Assembly (NCBI GenBank): GCA_964535385.1
Contig: CAZHSY010000005.1
Coordinates: forward strand, 263-64,262
Source of the DNA: an uncultured Candidatus Saccharibacteria bacterium
GTDB lineage: Bacteria; Patescibacteriota; Saccharimonadia; CAILAD01; GCA-016700035
Length of the DNA stretch: 64,000 bases
Direction of reading: 5' to 3'
Shown here: positions 58,285 to 64,000 of the stretch, piece after piece
Position numbering within the stretch: the stretch's first letter is position 1
How the letters are laid out: every line of letters starts with the position of its first letter
Translations under genes and position numbers: made by a program
Notes under the pieces: generated by a model
The model's database searches: none
Told to the model about the DNA's origin: nothing
The model's input: only the letters and a program-made list of their open reading frames with translations

Positions 58285-59382
58285 TTATAGTAAAAACTGA
58301 GCTTTCTGATCGGCTATAATCACACCGACCAAGACTGCAATGAGTCCGTACGCCAGACTCACATCCGGCAGGAACACCTGAATAATAGCTACGAGGATAC
58401 TGGCCACTAAGATCGTCGGGAAGACCATTCCGCCCCGATAGTGACTGGCCTTTGACCAGCCAATGGCAGCCATTTTGACCACCAGCATCCAGGCGAGGCC
58501 AGCAAGACCTAATGCACTCGCTTGCTGGAGCATCGGGTTGATTGCCTCATTGCCAGTGAACTCCACCAGTGGGCCACCCAGCCAATAGATAATAGTCAGG
58601 CCGAGAGCAGCCACGATAGCCTTCGCCCACCACGGATGACGAGCCACTACACCCTGCGCATACCTCGATGCATCGTGTAAGAATTTAATGCCAAAGGTAA
58701 CCCCGTATCCAGCCACCAATAAAAATACCAGTGCTATTGCTGTATGAATATTCAGCACCCAGCCAACATCTGGAATATCGATCAAGGGACGTGACGGCAC
58801 CAGTGAAAGCACAGCCACTGTTGTCAGTGAAGCCAACACAGCAAAGGCCAGTAACTTCGCATTCAGCTTAAGATTCTTTTCTTTCAGCACTAGAAGTAGA
58901 CCGATCAGGCCAGCCGCGAAGGAGTGAAAGAAAGCCGCGAAGAGCGCGACGAATCCAACCATGGCCAGGAGATTACTGGCTGGCTGGTTTCTCTTAAAGA
59001 CCCGATCACCAACCAAGCCGCCGATTATTAATGAAGCTGGCACCAGGATGGCCTCAGGGCCAAGTGAAGCACCTGCTAGGAGCGAAAGAAAGCCTATAAA
59101 TAAGACCTGGATATAGGCTTTCCCCGTAAACTGCGGCGTCTCTCCTAAGCCCTTAGACTCCCTTGCTTCTGACTTTGGGTCGAGAATATGCTGGGCGCCA
59201 AAAAATAATAGCGAAAGCACTAAGCACAGCGGCAACACCACCCACCGCAAGCTATCGGTCTGAAAGACTTCCGTCCAGATTACACTGGTCGATACACGCA
59301 CCGCCCACTCGAATACCGAATACGTCAGCGCCACACCAACGCTTACCACCATCGTCGCAAAAATAGCCTTTATGAGCTTCAT
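58285..59382 (-). CDS. ClC-family chloride channel / H+-Cl- antiporter (short form)
   Basis: ClC selectivity motifs AGASLGPEAILV (GxEGP) and YRGGMVFPTI (GxFxP). I place the start at MKLIKAIF. The first 91 aa of the track ORF overlap the upstream gene and a TATAAT box, so I treat them as non-coding. Confidence 0.65.
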   Translation of the reverse strand: MKLIKAIFATMVVSVGVALTYSVFEWAVRVSTSVIWTEVFQTDSLRWVVLPLCLVLSLLFFGAQHILDPKSEARESKGLGETPQFTGKAYIQVLFIGFLSLLAGASLGPEAILVPASLIIGGLVGDRVFKRNQPASNLLAMVGFVALFAAFFHSFAAGLIGLLLVLKEKNLKLNAKLLAFAVLASLTTVAVLSLVPSRPLIDIPDVGWVLNIHTAIALVFLLVAGYGVTFGIKFLHDASRYAQGVVARHPWWAKAIVAALGLTIIYWLGGPLVEFTGNEAINPMLQQASALGLAGLAWMLVVKMAAIGWSKASHYRGGMVFPTILVASILVAIIQVFLPDVSLAYGLIAVLVGVIIADQKAQFLL

Positions 59383-59467
59383 CTCTATTACTGCCATTAT
59401 ACCCTGCTTCGCTCTCAGAATGTAAGCAGAACATACCATTGAATCAAGCCTGCTTAAAACCGCTTGT

Positions 59468-59520
59468 CTACACATGTAAAAAGGTGCTTGCAGCCACCTC
59501 ATAGGTAAGCTGCAAGCACC
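59468..59520 (-). terminator. Minus-strand rho-independent terminator after the 59625..60590 gene
   Basis: Minus reading AAGGTGCTTGCAGC-ttacctatgaggtg-GCTGCAAGCACCTTTTT. Confidence 0.5.
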
Positions 59521-59624
59521 TTGCTTAACGACGCCGGAACTCGGCCATTTGTTGACGGACGCGCTGAATCGACGTCTCTCTCTCATGGTATTCATGCGGT
59601 ACCAGTGTCTGGCGATAACACTGC

Positions 59625-60590
59625 TCAGCAATTGCCAAGCATGATCGCATGACAATCCTCGTCACTCCTAACAGGCCGTGGCTCTAGCACCGTGCAGGCC
59701 GGTGGTTGGTCGCTCCGAATCGGCGGATCAAGTGTCGCCGCCACTGGAATCACGACTCCACGCATCATTTGCATGGTGCCCCTCTTGAGCGGCTGCATAT
59801 GAACCTTTCGCCAATGCAAGTCGTGCGACGCACTGGGTGCAATGGCTAGAAGATGGCCACCCTGAGCCTGCAGCCAAGCCACTTCAAGCTTGGTTAGCCG
59901 GTTACTCAGACTCACCAAGCCATCTGGAAATGCCCTATCCCGTGTCGTCGGCGTAGTAGGAAAACTAAACACCACATTGGCAAAGAGCTGGATCGCCTCA
60001 ACTGCCGACATCTCCGGCAGGCCAGTCGCCGCTAGTTTGGTGGTGGTAATACCGCGACCAATCACCAACGTACTGCGTTCAGAGAATTCTTCTGGTGGCA
60101 ACCATGGCTCACTCTCCAAGCGACAAGCGCCCAACACCAATGCAATATCAATGACATTACTGTGATTGGTAACCAACGTGTAGTTACTCCCCCTGCAAGC
60201 CATCTCGGCAGTGATCAGGGCCAGCATATGGCCCAGCGGTCGCAGAGCTTCCGGGATAATCGGGAAGGCCGAATGGGTGGCTGACCCAATCATAGCCAAA
60301 TCCTGATTGTTAATTGGCGTAGTCGGCATCAGAACCGTCTCGAGCTGATGATAGGGTTTCTGCGCCGAATAAGCCATCAACTTGAGCAGTCCACCCGTAT
60401 GACGATCGCCCAGCTCGGTCAAAAGTGAGTAAACCTCACTAGAGTTGTATTGTCTAAGCTGCTCAATCAAGGCAGCTCGACGTGCTTCGTATTCGACACG
60501 ATCCATCTCGCCTCCAACGTTCAAATAAAAGGTACAATTATCCGATTGCAGTATGTCAGGTTTTTGGTGAGAATACGATGACTTAGCCAT
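59625..60590 (-). CDS. Hypothetical protein, possible acyltransferase (NHxxxxD motif)
   Basis: 321 aa. VTNHSNVIDIALVL fits LPLAT motif I (NH.S..D). The other motifs are weak. Confidence 0.35.
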   Translation of the reverse strand: MAKSSYSHQKPDILQSDNCTFYLNVGGEMDRVEYEARRAALIEQLRQYNSSEVYSLLTELGDRHTGGLLKLMAYSAQKPYHQLETVLMPTTPINNQDLAMIGSATHSAFPIIPEALRPLGHMLALITAEMACRGSNYTLVTNHSNVIDIALVLGACRLESEPWLPPEEFSERSTLVIGRGITTTKLAATGLPEMSAVEAIQLFANVVFSFPTTPTTRDRAFPDGLVSLSNRLTKLEVAWLQAQGGHLLAIAPSASHDLHWRKVHMQPLKRGTMQMMRGVVIPVAATLDPPIRSDQPPACTVLEPRPVRSDEDCHAIMLGNC

Positions 60591-60615
60591 TGCCGGCCTC
60601 GCAGGCCAGACGACC

Positions 60616-62280
60616 TTATTTATCTAAACCGTCGATCGACACGACTTCCCCGCCCAAGGCTTGGCCGAAGTAGCTATCGTGCGAGATGTAGAGAACCGCC
60701 CCATCGTAGCGCTTGAGGGCCATCTCCAGTTCTTCGATCGAGGGCAAATCAAGGTGGTTGGTTGGCTCATCCAAAATTAATAAATTCGGCCGATGTGCAA
60801 ACAATGCGATCAATTGAATCCGTGCCTTCTGCCCTCCCGAAAGCTGAGCTACCGGTACACTACCGTCATGTCGATCAAATAGATACTCGGCCAGCGTCTG
60901 GAAGATCGCTTCATCATTAACTGGACGATTAGCGGCTCGATAGATGCTGGCAATGGCTTCAGCCAGCGTCTTATTAAGTAAATCAGACCGAATCTCCTGC
61001 TCATAGCGGCCGATTACCAGCCCCTGACTACAGTCGATAAAGCCATCGTAAATCGTGCAGTTCAACTGCTCACCAGCAGCCGTAGCGCACAGAGCATCAA
61101 CGAACGTCGTCTTACCCGCACCATTGCGACCAATAATATGTATGCGCTCACCGGCTCGCACTTCGAACTTCACATCGCGAAACAACGGCTCGCCATAACC
61201 GAGGGCTAGATTATCAACTCGAACAAGTTGTGAGGCATGACCAACGGCGCCGTGCTTGGCATCCTTGAGTGTAATATTGCGAGCCTTATACTTCTCGTAT
61301 TGCTCAGACTGCCCGCGTTTCAGTTCTTGGGTCGAAGCTTGATCGATCCAAATTGTCGGTTTCTTCGTCCGTTCTTCCAGCGCCTCAACCTCCTTCTCAA
61401 GTCGACGTACCAGTGGAATAAATGGGTTTGGCGACTGTTTCGAACGATCCTTCTTAATCCGTGCTTGACGCAGAGCTTCACGCCGATTCTCCAGCGTCTT
61501 ACTGTCCACTTCATACTGATGCATAGCCGAAACGTTAGAGCTGGCGTTTTGCTTGAGATAGGCAGCGTAATCACCAGAGAAAGAATATAGCTGATGATCC
61601 TTCAGCTCGATGATACGGTCAACTGCCGCTAAGACGTCTCGATCGTGGGAGATCACCAGCACACCGGAGCTAGTGTCTTGAAGCCAATCTACGAAATTAG
61701 CCTTGGCCACATAGTCCATATGATTGGTTGGCTCGTCTAGGAGCAAGAGATCAGCATTTGAATACTCGATTTGGACGAGCTGCGCGAAGCGTTTCTGACC
61801 ACCTGACAGTGCTTGAAATGGCCCATGGATCTGGGCTTTGCTCAGCTGGTAGGCCTTGAGTGACTCACTAATCTGATCACGGACGTGATAATAGCCATAG
61901 GTCGCGTATTTTTCTAGGGCGTCAGAATACAGTTGAATTTTCTCCATATCCTCACCGTCTGGTCCAGCCTCGATGATGGCCGTCAACTCACGGTAATCTC
62001 TTAAGCCATCCAACACATAATCAAACACGCTCGTCTCCGCCTTGGCTCGCTGTTCTTGGTCGGTCGTCAGAATCATCAAGCCTCTCGCTACATCGACCGT
62101 ACCAAGAAAATCCTTATCTTCGCCTAGAATTATTCGCGCTAGTGTCGTTTTGCCTACACCATTACGGCCAACAAAGCCAACTTTCTCTCCATCTTGAATC
62201 TTAAGCTCACTATCTTGAATGAGTAGTTTTGCGCCAGCTTGTTTTTCTTCTATATATGCGGAGCACAGCATTCCAATCAA
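60616..62280 (-). CDS. ABC-F family ATPase (tandem ABC domains, no TM)
   Basis: 554 aa. Two Walker A sites (GRNGVGKTT, GRNGAGKTT) and two signatures (LSGGQKRFAQL, LSGGQKARIQL) with an inter-domain linker. Confidence 0.9.
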   Translation of the reverse strand: MIGMLCSAYIEEKQAGAKLLIQDSELKIQDGEKVGFVGRNGVGKTTLARIILGEDKDFLGTVDVARGLMILTTDQEQRAKAETSVFDYVLDGLRDYRELTAIIEAGPDGEDMEKIQLYSDALEKYATYGYYHVRDQISESLKAYQLSKAQIHGPFQALSGGQKRFAQLVQIEYSNADLLLLDEPTNHMDYVAKANFVDWLQDTSSGVLVISHDRDVLAAVDRIIELKDHQLYSFSGDYAAYLKQNASSNVSAMHQYEVDSKTLENRREALRQARIKKDRSKQSPNPFIPLVRRLEKEVEALEERTKKPTIWIDQASTQELKRGQSEQYEKYKARNITLKDAKHGAVGHASQLVRVDNLALGYGEPLFRDVKFEVRAGERIHIIGRNGAGKTTFVDALCATAAGEQLNCTIYDGFIDCSQGLVIGRYEQEIRSDLLNKTLAEAIASIYRAANRPVNDEAIFQTLAEYLFDRHDGSVPVAQLSGGQKARIQLIALFAHRPNLLILDEPTNHLDLPSIEELEMALKRYDGAVLYISHDSYFGQALGGEVVSIDGLDK

Positions 62281-62389
62281 AAGCCACCTTGAGTAATGAT
62301 CCCTTAGTCTACCGGTTAGGACTCAGAATAGCAAAAAGCAAGCCTTGCCAACCCGTGCTAAACTTAGGGCAGCAAAGGGAAATCCACAA

Positions 62390-63946
62390 ATGACCAAGCA
62401 GACTACGAAAACCAGCAACCCAACACTTGCACTGCTTCTTGCGATGGCAATGTTTGTATTGGTTGTCGATACTTCTATCATGAACGTGTCAATCTCGTCA
62501 GTCGTCCAATCCCTCAATACTACTGTCAGTAGCGTACAGTCAGTTATCGCCCTGGAGGCTCTCATATCGGCGGCTTTTATTCTCATAAGTAGTAAGCTCG
62601 GCGATATAATTGGTCGCAAACGAGCCTACACACTCGGCCTCATAGCCTATGGTATGGGAGCGCTCTCAATGGCTCTGGCCCATAACCTTCAAGCCATCAT
62701 TATTTTTTGGGCTATTATTGGCGGCCTCGGCGCCTCACTCCTACTCCCTGCTATGCAGTCTCTAATCCATGGGAACTTCGAAGGTGCTGCGCAGAAAAAA
62801 ACCTACGCGCTAGTAGGGGCTGCCGCTGCGATTGCAGCTGCGGTAGGCCCACTTATCGGTGGGTTCCTAACGACCTATCTGTCATACCGATTTGCTTTCC
62901 TGCTTGAATTTCTGATCATTGTCATTGTGCTCCTGGGCAACAAGCTCATTCGCGACGTACCCTATACTGGCTCACGCAAGATTGATTATGTGGGTACTAT
63001 CTTATCAATACTAGGTATGGGCGGCGTAGTACTCGGCATTCTGGTCTGGCAGGAGGGTGGCGATTTCGTCGGCCTGCTTATCACTCTCGGTATTATCATG
63101 CTCGGATCACTGGCCTGGTGGCTTAAACGACAAGATGCGGCCGGCAAAACTACCCTGATAGATCCCAAGCTATTCAAATTTCCCCACTTTCGCCTCGGAA
63201 TCTCTGGACAAATGATGCAGAACATTGTACTCGGTGGCTCCATGATTGCCTTACCCATTTTCCTGCAAATTTCGCTTGAATATAATGCCATGCAAACCGG
63301 CCTGACCATTGCGCCACTCTCGCTATCCATGTTCGCCGTGGCGTTGATCGCGGGGCGTAAATTTGCCCACGTTCGTACAAGCAAGATCATCAAGTACGGC
63401 TTCTTACTCTCAACCCTCGGCTTCCTCATCTTATTGCCACTGATCCCCTCGGCTGAGTCAGGCTGGTGGCTAGTTATCCCGCTCTTAATCATTGGCTCCG
63501 GCCTCGGCCTCTTAGTCTCGCAGCTCAATAACTATACCCTCGCACCCATAAGCGAGAAGCGTGTCAGCGAGGCTGCTGGGATAAATTCTGCAGCTGGCTC
63601 CTTCGGACTGTCCTTTGGTCTGGCTGTAGCTGGTGGCGTACTTCTAGCCGCTTTGTCGATCAGCTTTACCAACCTCACCAATCAAAGCTCAGCCATCCCA
63701 AGTACTCAAAAGCAGCAAATTGCCACCAAGTTGGAGGCCAGTGCTGAGGTGGTCAGCAATGGTGATTTAGAACAGGCCATCAGCAGCCAACCGGCTGAGG
63801 TTCGGGAAGCTATTCTAGCCATCAATACCGATGCCACCCATCTTGCTCTTCAAATTGCGCTGCTGGTGCCCTTAGTTGCGTCCCTTATTGGCACAATTAA
63901 CGCTTTTCACATGGAGACTTTACCGGAGATTAAGCCATCTAGCTAA
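62390..63946 (+). CDS. MFS transporter, DHA2 (14-TM drug:H+ antiporter, EmrB/QacA-like)
   Basis: Start at MTKQTTK (the track ORF has a 15-aa extension). MFS motif A (GDIIGRKRAY) and 14 hydrophobic segments. Confidence 0.85.
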   Translation: MTKQTTKTSNPTLALLLAMAMFVLVVDTSIMNVSISSVVQSLNTTVSSVQSVIALEALISAAFILISSKLGDIIGRKRAYTLGLIAYGMGALSMALAHNLQAIIIFWAIIGGLGASLLLPAMQSLIHGNFEGAAQKKTYALVGAAAAIAAAVGPLIGGFLTTYLSYRFAFLLEFLIIVIVLLGNKLIRDVPYTGSRKIDYVGTILSILGMGGVVLGILVWQEGGDFVGLLITLGIIMLGSLAWWLKRQDAAGKTTLIDPKLFKFPHFRLGISGQMMQNIVLGGSMIALPIFLQISLEYNAMQTGLTIAPLSLSMFAVALIAGRKFAHVRTSKIIKYGFLLSTLGFLILLPLIPSAESGWWLVIPLLIIGSGLGLLVSQLNNYTLAPISEKRVSEAAGINSAAGSFGLSFGLAVAGGVLLAALSISFTNLTNQSSAIPSTQKQQIATKLEASAEVVSNGDLEQAISSQPAEVREAILAINTDATHLALQIALLVPLVASLIGTINAFHMETLPEIKPSS

Positions 63947-64000
63947 GCCTTGATGGCCCTTAGCCGATGAAGGAATTCCGACCACACAGCCATCGTGCCC

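Noticed and set aside
58285-59655. Full 456-aa extent of the ClC ORF
   Set aside because: Its first 91 codons overlap the upstream gene's 3' end plus its terminator and a TATAAT box. The conserved ClC body starts after the internal Met, so I trimmed it to 58285..59382.
1-64000. CRISPR arrays, rRNA genes, integrases, transposases and prophage
   Set aside because: No short direct-repeat/spacer arrays, no rRNA-like segments, and no integrase or transposase reading frames were seen in any intergenic or coding region.

Overview
This is a 64-kb, gene-dense bacterial chromosome segment with roughly 50% GC. About three quarters of the genes lie on the minus strand. The gene content looks like a small-genome, monoderm, Saccharibacteria/CPR-like lineage, though this is inference, not proven. 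Supporting content: split transketolase (tktA/tktB-type), a 474-aa archaeal/eukaryotic-type ProRS, a sortase, many secreted CHAP/NlpC peptidoglycan hydrolases, and a VKOR+DsbA disulfide system.

Recognisable housekeeping genes:
- The full nucleotide-excision-repair set uvrA, uvrB and uvrC, interspersed with unknown genes.
- A pentose-phosphate operon (rpiB, rpe, split tkt, two PfkB sugar kinases), plus gap, trxB, an NrdH-like glutaredoxin, secG, rpmG, cmk, xth, proS, a dus-family gene, nadK and one tRNA-Leu(CAG).
- A two-component system next to a MacB-type ABC exporter and a secreted LGFP-NlpC/P60 peptidase.
- A PadR + ABC-2 efflux operon with a tandem palindromic operator.
- An ABC-F protein, a DHA2-type MFS pump and a ClC-type channel.

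Features worth a second look:
1. A tightly coupled type I restriction-modification operon, hsdM-rhuM-hsdS-orf130-hsdR. The hsdS and the unknown 130-aa ORF sit in a low-GC (~35%) patch, and hsdR runs off the window edge.
2. A C-terminal fragment of a DGR-type reverse transcriptase (IGSLTSQ and YMRYGDDW motifs) inserted between gap and the PPP operon. It sits next to a 179-aa acidic protein with a C-lectin-VR-like tail. I found no TR/VR pair.
3. A dispersed 100-170-nt intergenic repeat family with at least 6 copies (core GTACCCGGTCGCCCTGAGTGATGCTGG). One internal stem shows covariation.
4. Three consecutive cell-wall proteins (unknown beta-rich, PG-binding, CHAP) that share a near-identical Lys-rich N-terminal anchor module, K(K/R)FNWK-TM-ALGFLYVRLSRA. 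An Lnt-like acyltransferase lies among them.
5. Four acidic, low-complexity proteins downstream of uvrB, the first of which overlaps it.
6. A 63-75% GC polysaccharide-deacetylase lipoprotein that looks like horizontal transfer from a high-GC (actinobacterial) donor.
7. A 500-bp apparently non-coding stretch (39.06-39.56 kb) carrying terminators, hairpins and a repeat copy.

No CRISPR array, rRNA or intact mobile element was found.
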